DNA of 64,000 nt from an uncultured Chloroflexia bacterium (GTDB lineage Bacteria > Chloroflexota > Limnocylindria > Limnocylindrales > CSP1-4), in NCBI GenBank assembly GCA_963768655.1, contig CAVYIM010000003.1, forward strand, positions 224,001 to 288,000. The letters run 5' to 3'. The notes under the pieces were generated by a model. The model did not search any database. It was not told the origin of the DNA and worked only from the letters and a program-made list of their open reading frames with translations. Position numbers and translations under genes: made by a program. Shown one piece after another: positions 1 to 9,577 of the stretch. Positions within the stretch are counted from its first letter, which is position 1. Each line of letters begins with the position of its first letter.

Positions 1-710
1 AGGGCCGGCTCGTGGAGATCGCCCCGGACGTCACGGCGGATGCGCTCTGCAACGAGATCGAGCGCCTCAACGCCGACCCGGCCGTGGCCGGGATCATCGT
101 CCAGATGCCGCTCCCGGCCCACATCCCGCTCCGGACCGTGATCGATTCGATCGACCCGGCCAAGGACATCGACGGCATCCATCCCCGCAACGCCGGCCTG
201 CTCTCGCTCGGCTACGACGGCTTCCTGCCGGCGACGGCCCAGGCCTCGGTCGAGATCCTGAAGCGGTCCGGCATCGAGATCGCCGGCAAGCGCGTGGTCG
301 TCGTCGGGCGTTCGAACGTGGTCGGCAAACCGGCGGCGCTGCTGCTCCTGCGCGAGCATGGGTCGGTCAGCATCCTCCACTCCAGGACGCGCGATCTGGC
401 CCGCCACACCCGCGACGCCGAGATCCTGATCGTGGCGGCGGGGATGCCAGGCCTGGTTACCGGCGACATGCTCACGCCGGGAGTCGTGGTCGTGGACGTG
501 GGCATCAACGTCGTGCCGGACGGCCGGGGCGGCGAGCGCCTCGTCGGCGACGTGGACTTCGAATCGGCGAAGGGCGTCGTCGGGGCGATCACGCCGGTGC
601 CCGGCGGCGTCGGCCCACTAACGAACGCGCTCCTCCTGAGCCATCTCTTGCGGGCGGCCACGGACCAAGCCGAGCGCATGGCACAAGCCGGAGCGAACCG
701 TGACGCCTGA
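1..710 (+). CDS. folD: Bifunctional methylenetetrahydrofolate dehydrogenase/methenyl-THF cyclohydrolase (5' truncated by window edge)
   Basis: Motifs GIIVQMPLP, KDIDGIHP, VVVGRSNVVGKP, ITPVPGGVGPLT; lies just upstream of fhs. Confidence 0.95.
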   Translation, partial: GRLVEIAPDVTADALCNEIERLNADPAVAGIIVQMPLPAHIPLRTVIDSIDPAKDIDGIHPRNAGLLSLGYDGFLPATAQASVEILKRSGIEIAGKRVVVVGRSNVVGKPAALLLLREHGSVSILHSRTRDLARHTRDAEILIVAAGMPGLVTGDMLTPGVVVVDVGINVVPDGRGGERLVGDVDFESAKGVVGAITPVPGGVGPLTNALLLSHLLRAATDQAERMAQAGANRDA

Positions 711-1149
711 GATTCCGGCACGGCAGCGTCACGGACCGCCGTTCTTGCGGCGGCGGCCCGCACCGGGGCAGGCCACCACCCAGACGATCGAGTCCGTCTG
801 GTATCGGGCGACCACTCTAGCGGACGAGTACCGACGATCGCGGTTCATCTTCATGCATCGGGCGTATGAGGATAGAGGGTGCCTGGCCGTCTCGGAGCGT
901 TCCGCCGAGTTCATCGGCGAGCACGGCCGGGTTGTGATAGCCGACGTCAAGAACGTCGCATACGGCACCTTCGCCGAGACTCTGCCTCTCGGAGCCAGAA
1001 GTGGCATCGTCAACAAGTGGGTTCTCGTCCGCTACGGAGTCGGCGAAGTGGCCATGCTGATGGACGGTCGATGGCGCGGCTGGGCAGCAGTCTTCGGCGG
1101 CATGCGCAGGATCCTAGAGGCCGTCTCCCATTTGGCGCCCCAGCCATGA
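700..1149 (+). CDS. Hypothetical protein between folD and fhs
   Basis: 149-aa ORF; GTG start lies inside the folD 3' end and its TGA overlaps the fhs ATG (ATGA). Confidence 0.55.
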   Translation: MTPEIPARQRHGPPFLRRRPAPGQATTQTIESVWYRATTLADEYRRSRFIFMHRAYEDRGCLAVSERSAEFIGEHGRVVIADVKNVAYGTFAETLPLGARSGIVNKWVLVRYGVGEVAMLMDGRWRGWAAVFGGMRRILEAVSHLAPQP

Positions 1150-2873
1150 CCGCCACTCCGATGCCCAGCAGCCTCGAGATCGCCCGGTCGGTGACTCCGC
1201 GGCCGATCATGGAGCTGGCCCGCGAGCTCGGCCTCCACGACGAAGAGGTCGAGCTGTACGGGCCGTACAAAGCCAAGATCAGCCTGGCCGGCATCACGCG
1301 GCTGGAGGCGGAGGCCGCGGCGAAGGGCAAGCACGGCAAGTACGTGGTCGTGACGGCTATCACGCCCACGCCGTTGGGCGAGGGCAAGACGACCACCAAC
1401 ATCGGCCTCGTCCAGGGCCTCAACCGGATCGGGCACAGGGCCGCCGTCTGCATTCGCCAGCCGTCGCTCGGGCCCGTCTTCGGCATCAAGGGCGGCGCCG
1501 CCGGCGGCGGCTACAGCCAGGTGATCCCGATGGAGGACTTCAACCTCCACCTCACCGGTGACAACCACGCCGTCGGAGCCGCGCATAACCTGCTCGCCGC
1601 CTTCGTCGACAACTCGCTGACCCACAACAATCCGCTCAACATCGATCCGTTGGGCGTGCTCTGGCCGCGGGTCGTCGACATCTCCGACCGAGCCGTCCGC
1701 AAGGCGATAATCGGCCTGGGCGGCCGAGAGAACGGCTACCCGCGCGAGACGGAATGGCAGATCACCGTCGCCAGCGAAGTGATGGCCGTCCTCGCTCTCG
1801 CATCCGACCTGCAGGACCTCCGCCGCCGGCTCGGCCGGATGGTCGTCGCGACCACCTTCGACGGCCGCCGCATCACCGCCGAAGACCTGCGGTGCGCCGG
1901 CTCGATGACGGTTCTGCTGCTCGACGCGATCAAGCCGAACCTCCTCCAGACCCTCGAAGGGGGGCCGGCCTTCGTCCATTGCGGCCCGTTCGCCAACATC
2001 GCCCACGGCAACAACAGCGTCCTGGCCGACCGCCTCGCGCTCGCGACCACGGAGATCGCCTGCACCGAGGCCGGCTTCGGTGCCGACATGGGCGCCGAGA
2101 AGTTCTTCGACATCAAGTGCCGCCAGAGCGGGCTCCGGCCCGACGCGGCCGTCATGGTCGCGACGGTCCGCGCTCTCAAGATGCACGGCGGCGTCGGGCG
2201 GATCGTCGCCGGCAAGCCGCTCGATCCGGCTCTCGAGCAGGAGAACGTCGAGGCGGTCCGGAAGGGCTCGGCCAACCTGGCCGCCCAGATCGAGAACGTC
2301 CGCGTCTTCAACGTCCCGGTGGTCGTGGCGGTCAACCACTACCCGGGCGACACCGAATCGGAAGTGGCCGCGATCCGGGAAGTGGCCCTGGCCGCCGGGG
2401 CGCGCGACGTGGTCGTGAGCCGCCACTTCGCCGAGGGCGGTGCCGGGGCTGAGGATCTGGCGCGGGCCGTCTGGTCGGCCGCGGAGGAAGGCGCCCCGAA
2501 CTTCCGGCTGCTGTACCCGGACGACCTCCCGCTCCGTGAGAAGATCGAGACGGTCGCGGTCAGAATCTACGGCGCCGGGGGCGTGGACGAGCTGCCGGCG
2601 GCGACCAGGGCGCTGAAGCTGTACGAAGACCTGGGCTTCGGCAACCTACCCGTGTGCATGGCCAAGACCCACCTCTCGTTGAGCCACGACCCGGGCCTCA
2701 AGGGCCGCCCGACCGGCTTCCGCGTCCCCATCCGCGAGGTCCGCCTCTCCGCCGGCGCGGGCTTCGTGACGCCGCTCCTGGGCGAGATGCGCACGATGCC
2801 GGGGCTACCCTCGCACCCCGCCGGCGAATCGATCGACATCGACGCTGACGGCAACATCGTAGGGCTGTTCTAG
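1146..2873 (+). CDS. fhs: Formate--tetrahydrofolate ligase
   Basis: TAITPTPLGEGKTTT, RQPSLGPVFGIKGGAAGGGYSQV, GPFANIAHG, TEAGFGADMGAEKF, CMAKTHLSLSHDP; start set at ATG 1146. Confidence 0.97.
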   Translation: MTATPMPSSLEIARSVTPRPIMELARELGLHDEEVELYGPYKAKISLAGITRLEAEAAAKGKHGKYVVVTAITPTPLGEGKTTTNIGLVQGLNRIGHRAAVCIRQPSLGPVFGIKGGAAGGGYSQVIPMEDFNLHLTGDNHAVGAAHNLLAAFVDNSLTHNNPLNIDPLGVLWPRVVDISDRAVRKAIIGLGGRENGYPRETEWQITVASEVMAVLALASDLQDLRRRLGRMVVATTFDGRRITAEDLRCAGSMTVLLLDAIKPNLLQTLEGGPAFVHCGPFANIAHGNNSVLADRLALATTEIACTEAGFGADMGAEKFFDIKCRQSGLRPDAAVMVATVRALKMHGGVGRIVAGKPLDPALEQENVEAVRKGSANLAAQIENVRVFNVPVVVAVNHYPGDTESEVAAIREVALAAGARDVVVSRHFAEGGAGAEDLARAVWSAAEEGAPNFRLLYPDDLPLREKIETVAVRIYGAGGVDELPAATRALKLYEDLGFGNLPVCMAKTHLSLSHDPGLKGRPTGFRVPIREVRLSAGAGFVTPLLGEMRTMPGLPSHPAGESIDIDADGNIVGLF

Positions 2874-2999
2874 ACGGAGGCGCGGAGCGAGGCGGCGCGG
2901 CGGGATTCGCTGGCAATTGGTCTTGTGCCGACGCCGCATAATCCTGGGGACGAGCGCCCACGCATCGGAGAACGCTTCCTGGGCGGGGGGATTGGAGCC

Positions 3000-3521
3000 A
3001 TGGCGATTCAACAATGGCTACGTTGCGGAGCAGCGGACCCTGAGGGATACCAGTGCGTCCGGTTTCTCTCGCATGAAGGGCCCCACCAGTTTCGACGCTG
3101 TGATTGGACCGACCCTGCGGGATATCGCTGTTTCCTGCCCCCGTCGCATCCAGGCGACCACGAGCTGGCCTGGTTCGCCAGGCCGACTGCCCCCGGCGCG
3201 ACCCACACGGTTCGCTTTCGAGGGGACAACGAGGCGGCGGCAGCGCAGGCCGAGGGGGAGCTGCAGGAACTCGCCTTCAACCACTGGTTCCCCGTCTCGC
3301 AGACCTACGTTCCCGGATCCTGGGACGCCGTGACGTGGGCGGTGGCCATCCTCGCCGTCGTCATCGTCGTTGGGATCTTCGTCCTTCTCTACATGATCAG
3401 GTCGAAGCCGGCGGGCGCGCTCGTGGTCGTCTACGAATTCCGGCCGACGACCCCGACGGCCCCAACGACAGCCGCCGCGGACCGGGCCGAATTGGCCGAT
3501 GCGGCAGGCCCGCGCGTCTGA
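3000..3521 (+). CDS. Hypothetical membrane protein with Cys/His-rich N-terminus and one TM helix
   Basis: ATG 3000 after GGAG; TM segment WAVAILAVVIVVGIFVLLYM. Confidence 0.55.
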   Translation: MAIQQWLRCGAADPEGYQCVRFLSHEGPHQFRRCDWTDPAGYRCFLPPSHPGDHELAWFARPTAPGATHTVRFRGDNEAAAAQAEGELQELAFNHWFPVSQTYVPGSWDAVTWAVAILAVVIVVGIFVLLYMIRSKPAGALVVVYEFRPTTPTAPTTAAADRAELADAAGPRV

Positions 3522-3569
3522 CCAGGCAGCGCCCAACCGGTCGCCATGGCTCGCCCGTAGACTTCAGTC

Positions 3570-4298
3570 ATGCTGACGTTGATCCTCACCCGCCACGGTC
3601 AGGCCGCCGAGGGCGACCTCATGCTCGGCGGTCAGCTCGACGTGCCGCTCCTCCCCGGAGGGCGAGAGGAGGCCGAGGCGCTGGCCCGCCGGCTGTCCGG
3701 CGTTCGGATCGATCGAATCATCGCCAGCCCGATGCTGCGGGCGCTCGAGACGGCCCAGACGATCGCGACCGGACGCCCGGTCGAGGTGGACGAGCGGCTG
3801 CGCGAGCTCGACTACGGTCGGTGGGAAGGGCTGACGTACGCGGAGATCGACGCCCACGATCCGGAGTTGCGGGCGCGCTGGGAACACGATCCTGCGGCGA
3901 CTCACTCCCCCGGCGGCGAATTGGGCGAGGACGCCGCGGCCCGAGTCCTAAGCTTCCTGGTCGATCTGCTTTCGGCCGAAGAGTTGGCCTACACCGGCGC
4001 CCCGGGCGGGCGGCATTCACCGGACCCAGGTGGCTCGAGGCCGATCGTGTCGGAGGCGCAGGCAGAGACCGCGGGCGAGCGCCGCGTGCTCGTCGTCGCC
4101 CACGGCACCCTCAATCGCATCCTCCTGTGTGTCGCGCTCGCCATCCCCGTCCGCGACTACCGCCGCCGTTTCGTCCAGGACCGAACGAACCTGACGGTCC
4201 TTCGATATGAGCCCGGCGACACTCCGGACGGCGCTCAGCTGGTGCTCGGCAACGACATCGCCCATCTCCGCTCGCCCGGCGAGGCGCCCTGGGGCTGA
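3570..4298 (+). CDS. Histidine phosphatase (phosphoglycerate mutase-like) family protein
   Basis: LTRHG, SPMLRALETA, LRELDYGRWEG, VVAHG motifs. Confidence 0.9.
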   Translation: MLTLILTRHGQAAEGDLMLGGQLDVPLLPGGREEAEALARRLSGVRIDRIIASPMLRALETAQTIATGRPVEVDERLRELDYGRWEGLTYAEIDAHDPELRARWEHDPAATHSPGGELGEDAAARVLSFLVDLLSAEELAYTGAPGGRHSPDPGGSRPIVSEAQAETAGERRVLVVAHGTLNRILLCVALAIPVRDYRRRFVQDRTNLTVLRYEPGDTPDGAQLVLGNDIAHLRSPGEAPWG

Positions 4299-4489
4299 GG
4301 AGCTGCGGTGGAGGCCCGGGCCGCGGATCGCGTGCCCGAGGGCCGCGTCTCGAACTTGCGCGCCGGCAGCCAGCGCCGCCGATGTCCGCCCAGGGCCGTG
4401 TGGCCGTCTGCGCCATCGCGCATCGAGTGGCAGACTGGCGCTGAGGGACCTGACCGTCACCGGAACGACCGCCTGACCGCCTGGAGGAA

Positions 4490-5758
4490 TTGACCCGGGT
4501 GTTTCGCGCAGCTACGGCCTACGTCATCCTGTTCGCCGCCGTCGGCGCGTATTCCCCGTTCCTGCAGCAGTACTACCAGAGCCTCGGCATCCCGCTGCCT
4601 GAGATCGGGCTGCTGGCGGCCTTCACCTCGGCCGTGGTCGTCGGCACGGCGCCGGTGTGGGGTGCGATCCACGACCGCATTCCGGCTTCGCGGCTGCTCA
4701 TCCCGTTGGCGGCCGTGATCGCCACGTCCGGGGCCGTGGGCCTGGCCACGGCCGGTGCGACGCCTCTGATCGTGCTGGCCGCGGCCGTCTGGGCCATCGG
4801 CATGGCCGGCATGAGTCCGATGATGGACGTCCGCGTCCTGTCGATGGTCGGGGCAGACCGAACCCGCTACAGCTGGATTCGGGCCTGCGGGTCGGCCAGC
4901 TTCATCGTCTTCGCGCCCGTGGTCGGCATCGTCGTAGATCGTGGCGGCATGAGCGCCATGTTCCTGATCATGGTCCCGGCCCTGGCCCTGGCCGGTGTTG
5001 CAGCCATCGCGCTGCCTCCCCGACCGGACTCGGTCCGCGCCCCGAGCCTCCGCCGGGCTCCCGGCACAGTCCTGCGTCACCGTCCCATCGCCCTGTTCCT
5101 CGTCGGCGCGCTGGTGGCCTGGACTGCCATCTCCGCGCAGACCTCGTTCTTCTCGATCTACCTGCGGAGTCTCGGGGCGCCGGGCAGCGTGGTCGGCTGG
5201 ACATGGGCCATCGCCGCGACGCTGGAGGTCCCGACCATGTTCCTCTTCCCATGGCTGGCCAGGCGGTTCGGGGTCGAGCGCCTGATCGTCGCCGGGGCGA
5301 CGATCACGTTCACGCGCCAGGTTGCCAACGCCGTCTTCACCGCCCCGGCGCTGCTCCTTGCCTGCTCGCTGATGCAGGGCGCGGGCTACGCGCTGATCCT
5401 GATCGGGGGGATCACATTCGTGTCCCTAAGGGCGCCCAAGGGGACCGCGGCCACGGCCCAGGCGATCCTCAGCGGCGTGACCGCCAGCCTGGCCGCGATC
5501 CTCGGCTCCGGCGTCGGAGGTCAGCTGGCGGGCCTGCTGACGATCCGCGGACTCTATGTCGTGTCCGCCTGCCTGGGTGCGCTGGGCGTTGTGATGATCG
5601 CCGTCGCCGTATTGCCGTTGGCCCGAGATCAGGTGGCGCCGCCAGCGCGTTCCGGAGCCGCCGCCCCAGCGACTGCCACGGCCGTTTCGCCCGCCACGCC
5701 GCCCGCCGCGCCGCCGCGCGCCGACGCGCTGGCCGAGACTACAGACCGAGGCGCCTGA
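4490..5758 (+). CDS. MFS transporter
   Basis: ~12 hydrophobic segments, WGAIHDR loop; TTG start after GGAGG. Confidence 0.85.
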   Translation: MTRVFRAATAYVILFAAVGAYSPFLQQYYQSLGIPLPEIGLLAAFTSAVVVGTAPVWGAIHDRIPASRLLIPLAAVIATSGAVGLATAGATPLIVLAAAVWAIGMAGMSPMMDVRVLSMVGADRTRYSWIRACGSASFIVFAPVVGIVVDRGGMSAMFLIMVPALALAGVAAIALPPRPDSVRAPSLRRAPGTVLRHRPIALFLVGALVAWTAISAQTSFFSIYLRSLGAPGSVVGWTWAIAATLEVPTMFLFPWLARRFGVERLIVAGATITFTRQVANAVFTAPALLLACSLMQGAGYALILIGGITFVSLRAPKGTAATAQAILSGVTASLAAILGSGVGGQLAGLLTIRGLYVVSACLGALGVVMIAVAVLPLARDQVAPPARSGAAAPATATAVSPATPPAAPPRADALAETTDRGA

Positions 5759-6986
5759 TTCGAGCTCGAATCGTGTTCGCCACTGTCTGCGCCCCGAGAT
5801 CGGTAAAGTGCAGGCCGTCCGAGGTGTACTTGGGGTAGTAGACCCCGTTGGCATTGGCGAGGGGCGCATGGATGTCGACGTAAGTGACCCGCTGTGAGTT
5901 GCAGAGGTTGATGATCGCGGCGTTCAGCGAATTGATCCGGGCCACCATGGAGGGGTACGAGTCGGGCGGGACGAGCAGGAGGATGACCGTGATCTTGTGC
6001 GCCCTGGCGCCGACGATGATCGCCCGCAAGTTCGCGATGGTGGCGCTCCCGCTGATGCCCTCACCCAGGTCGTTCGTGCCGCCCAACACGAACAGCACGT
6101 TGGGGTTGTAGTCGTACACGTCGGTGGTGAGACGGGCCCGCATTTCTGCGGTCGTGTTGCCGGGCACGCCGGCGTTGTGAATCAGCCGGAGAGATGCGTC
6201 CTCCGCATCCAGCCGCGTCGGCCACGGCGTGTCGGGCCACGCAGTGAGCGAGTCTCCCAGGGCCACGAAAGTCCGGGCAATCACCGGCTTCGGCGTCGCC
6301 TTCCGGGCCGGCGCCTTGGGTTTGGGTGTCGGCGATGGGGTTGGCGTCGGCGCCGGCACGGTCGAGTCGGGCGAGGGCGAGCCAGCCGGTTCGGGCGTGC
6401 CGGCCGGGGTCGCAGGAGCCGTCGCGGTCGGATCGGCCGTGATGTCGCCGGCGACCATCCCGCTGCTCGGCGAAGGTGACATCGACCCGGCGCCCGCGAT
6501 GGGCCCCGTGACTGAGAACAGGGAAGCAACGACCAGGAGCGTGAGCACCGCTACCACCTCTCGCCGCCTCGGCTCGCTGGGGAGAAATCGGCGCCCAATC
6601 CGAACCACGGCGTTCTCGATAGACGCTCCGGTGCCGCCGGTCGTACCCGCGGAGCCGGCCGGCGATCCCACTCCCGCAGCGCCACTGCCTGCCGAACCTG
6701 CCCCTGCGGCGCCACGGCCGCCTGCCGCTCCGGCCGCGCCCAACCAGCCCAGGAGCGACCGGTGCGGAGCCCGCGCCATGTGTCTGGCCGACTCGGCCAT
6801 GTGACGCGGGTCCGGATGAGCCATGGGCCGGGGCGCCGCCGGCATGAAGAAGACGGCGCGCAGCCAACCGGGGAGCCAGCGACCGTGGCGAGTACCGCTC
6901 GACGGGCCGGCCTGGGTACTTTGCCCTTGCGCCGCTCGGTCTCGGACGGGCCCGCTCGAGGAGCCGCGACCGCGTATCCCGCTCAC
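5739..6986 (-). CDS. Membrane-anchored SGNH/GDSL hydrolase (start uncertain)
   Basis: ALGDSLT, NAGVPGNT, LGGTND, DGLH blocks; TM helix and Pro/Thr linker upstream. Confidence 0.8.
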   Translation of the reverse strand: MSGIRGRGSSSGPVRDRAAQGQSTQAGPSSGTRHGRWLPGWLRAVFFMPAAPRPMAHPDPRHMAESARHMARAPHRSLLGWLGAAGAAGGRGAAGAGSAGSGAAGVGSPAGSAGTTGGTGASIENAVVRIGRRFLPSEPRRREVVAVLTLLVVASLFSVTGPIAGAGSMSPSPSSGMVAGDITADPTATAPATPAGTPEPAGSPSPDSTVPAPTPTPSPTPKPKAPARKATPKPVIARTFVALGDSLTAWPDTPWPTRLDAEDASLRLIHNAGVPGNTTAEMRARLTTDVYDYNPNVLFVLGGTNDLGEGISGSATIANLRAIIVGARAHKITVILLLVPPDSYPSMVARINSLNAAIINLCNSQRVTYVDIHAPLANANGVYYPKYTSDGLHFTDLGAQTVANTIRARIRRLGL

Positions 6987-7176
6987 GCGGCCAGTGCGCT
7001 AATCGGTTCGTTCAGCATGGGGACGCGCTCCGTGCCGTTGATGGCCGACAGCCCGGTCTTCCCCGGACGCCGCCTTCAGTCTGCCACGGAACGGGTCGAT
7101 CGCGCACGCGAGCGTACACCCAGGCCGGAGTATCTCGGCCGAATAGCCGCTCACGTACGCCTCGGGACGGGTCTGG

Positions 7177-7842
7177 TCAGGCTCCCTGCTCTGCACGACG
7201 CCAGCCGGGATGGCCGAGACGCCACCAGACGAAGCCAACCACGGCGAGCAGACACGCGACCATGATCAGCGTGTCGAAGGGCCGGAGGCTGTCGCGGATC
7301 TGGGTCCAGTTCGAGCCCAGGACAGTCCCGGCGTACACCAGCGCCACAGTCCATGGGATGACGCCCAGAGCGGAGAAGCCCACGAACTGCCGAAATGGCA
7401 TGCGCGCGACTCCCGCCGCAAAGCCGATGACGCTCCGAACGCCCGGCAGCAGGCGGCCGATGAAGGCGGTGGGGGCACCCCAGCGCGCGAAGAAGCCTTC
7501 GGCCTGCCCGATCTCGTGCTTGCGAATCAGCAGGTACCTGCCCCACCGGTCGAGGAATGGCCGGCCGAGATGAGACCCGAGGAAATATCCGAAGCAGGCC
7601 CCGGTGAGGTCGCCCGCCACGCCGACGGCCACTACGACCCAGAAGTTCCAGCCGGCATGAGTAAGAGGCTCGATCTGCTTGGGATCGCTGACCATCCAGC
7701 CGGCCATGGGCAGGATCAGCTCGGACGGAATGGGCAGCAGGGTGGCCTCGAGCGTCATCGCCAGGAACACGCCCAGATAGCCAACGGTGGCGTAAAGACT
7801 GGTCAGGAACGGGATGACTGCTGTGTCGAGAAAGCTGAGCAC
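7177..7842 (-). CDS. DedA family membrane protein
   Basis: LEATLLPIPSELILP, FIGRLLPGVRS, AGVARMP motifs. Confidence 0.92.
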   Translation of the reverse strand: MLSFLDTAVIPFLTSLYATVGYLGVFLAMTLEATLLPIPSELILPMAGWMVSDPKQIEPLTHAGWNFWVVVAVGVAGDLTGACFGYFLGSHLGRPFLDRWGRYLLIRKHEIGQAEGFFARWGAPTAFIGRLLPGVRSVIGFAAGVARMPFRQFVGFSALGVIPWTVALVYAGTVLGSNWTQIRDSLRPFDTLIMVACLLAVVGFVWWRLGHPGWRRAEQGA

Positions 7843-8017
7843 TGGGCCCTCGAAGTGCTAGGCGTCGCGGGTCGTCTGGTGACGGTGGCCGACCGTTGGG
7901 CAGGATACCCGAGCCGCGGCCGGGTGTGTGGCTCGGTCTCGCGTCGCCCCGTCCGGTGAGTCGCAACGCGGCAGCCAGCCGTCGCCGGCGCCGAGAACGT
8001 CCCGGAGACGCCGGGAA

Positions 8018-8824
8018 CTAGGCCAGCAGGACCGGCCTGTCCTGGCCGGCACAGCGATCGATGGCACGCCGAACGCGAACGGCGTCGGCCAGGCCGGCCC
8101 GCTGCAAAGCCCAGAGGGCCGGCAGCAGCCGCGGATCGCGGGCCTCTGCGGCGGCGTCGAGCTCGAGCCCGACGACCGTCGGCGACTCCAGCGCCCTGAT
8201 GAGATGCGGCACTGCCCGTGGATCACGCCGGACCGCCAGGCCGAAGAGCGCCTCGGCGCGCGTCGCATGGTATGGGTCATCGGCCCGAGCCAGCAGAGCC
8301 GCGCGCACGTCCGGCCCGTCGTCGCTCGAAAGCGTGCCCAGCCCGAAGGTTGCCCAGTCGCGTACCTCTGGCTCCGAGTCGCCGGAGAGCTTGATCAGCG
8401 CGAACCGCACGTCGTGGCTCAGCGGCTGGGGGCTCAGCGTCGCGACGGCGAAGGCGACGGCGAGTCGAACGCCCGCGTCCGAGTTACCGGCCAGTGGGAC
8501 GATCTGGTTGAGTGCCTCCAGGGAGCCGACATGGCCGAGGGCAGCGACCATCGACGCAGTCGCGCAGGCATCGCTTTCGGAGGAGAGTGCTGTCAGCAGC
8601 GCGGCGAGCGCGGCGGGTCGGGCGCCCGCATCGACGCCCACGAGCCGACCCAGGATGTCTGCCCCGAGCGTTCGCTCGCGGCCCGTCCTGTCGCGCAGCA
8701 ACCGCTGGCACATCTCGAGGACGTCGTCCGGGCACTCGCCTACGATGCCGCCGATCAGGTCCCAGCGGCAGTCTTCATCGACGGTAGCGAGCGCGGCCTC
8801 GACACGGACGTCAAGCGCCCTCAT
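8018..8824 (-). CDS. HEAT-repeat protein
   Basis: Repeated D-x-x-VR-x-x-A-x-F/L-G/A-L units (DSEPEVRDWATFGLG); ATG 8824 after GAGGTG. Confidence 0.8.
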   Translation of the reverse strand: MRALDVRVEAALATVDEDCRWDLIGGIVGECPDDVLEMCQRLLRDRTGRERTLGADILGRLVGVDAGARPAALAALLTALSSESDACATASMVAALGHVGSLEALNQIVPLAGNSDAGVRLAVAFAVATLSPQPLSHDVRFALIKLSGDSEPEVRDWATFGLGTLSSDDGPDVRAALLARADDPYHATRAEALFGLAVRRDPRAVPHLIRALESPTVVGLELDAAAEARDPRLLPALWALQRAGLADAVRVRRAIDRCAGQDRPVLLA

Positions 8825-9165
8825 GAGATCACCTCGTGCAGTGTCGTGCGACCGCCCCCCGGCCGCGCGAAGTTTCGTTCTTTGCGGGACCTCGCCGCGG
8901 CCCTTCCCCTGCCGCGTCAAAACTACCTTAACGATCCCGCAATCTTCTGCAGTTCAGTCGCGCAGGAGGGAACGGCAGGTACGTCAGGCGAGCTAACGCC
9001 GGCGTGACGACCCGATCGAGCGGCGGGGCCTGACTCGTCCGGGCGGCACCCATATGGAACGCGGGCCGTCGAAAACCTACCCCTTGCGCCGAAGCCGGCG
9101 AGGTGGATTGCCGATTCGACCGTCCGTCGGGACGGCCGCGGCCTACTCTCTTGCTTGTGACCGAC

Positions 9166-9537
9166 ATGAGCTCCGTGGTGAATGCGGCCTTTCTCGCCAG
9201 CGCGGGCGGCGGAGTGCTCCTGTTTGGCCTCTATGCGCTCTCGAAACGGGGGGCGCGGCTCGGACGCATCGAGGTGCGAATGAGCGATGCTGTCTTCGGG
9301 GGATTGCTGTTCGCCTTCGTCGGGCCGCTTGTAATCGTTTCGGGGGCAGGACGCTACATCCTTCAAGCGAACACTGGCTACTACGGCACTCTGGACGACT
9401 TCCGCAACAGCGCAATGTTCCTGGATCTTTGCTGGTTCTTCGTCGTTGCGGTTGCGCCAGCGGTCTGCCTTCTCGGGTTCGCCTTGCTCGGGTCAGTTGC
9501 ATTCCGCCGCTGGAGAGTGCGTCGGCGACGCAAATAG
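9166..9537 (+). CDS. Small hypothetical membrane protein (3 TM)
   Basis: Three hydrophobic segments and a basic C-terminus; more AT-rich codons than neighbours. Confidence 0.5.
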   Translation: MSSVVNAAFLASAGGGVLLFGLYALSKRGARLGRIEVRMSDAVFGGLLFAFVGPLVIVSGAGRYILQANTGYYGTLDDFRNSAMFLDLCWFFVVAVAPAVCLLGFALLGSVAFRRWRVRRRRK

Positions 9538-9577
9538 GTCTGGACTCCCAGCCGGTGGCTACGCCAGCCTTCGACGC

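Noticed and set aside
4308-4493. 61-aa ORF between the phosphatase and MFS genes
   Set aside because: Has an RBS-like GAGGAG but no recognisable features; cannot be supported
8830-8930. Possible c-di-GMP riboswitch upstream of the HEAT-repeat gene (cgcaaag element)
   Set aside because: The GGCAAA...GAAA tetraloop stem and the P2 receptor could not be fitted
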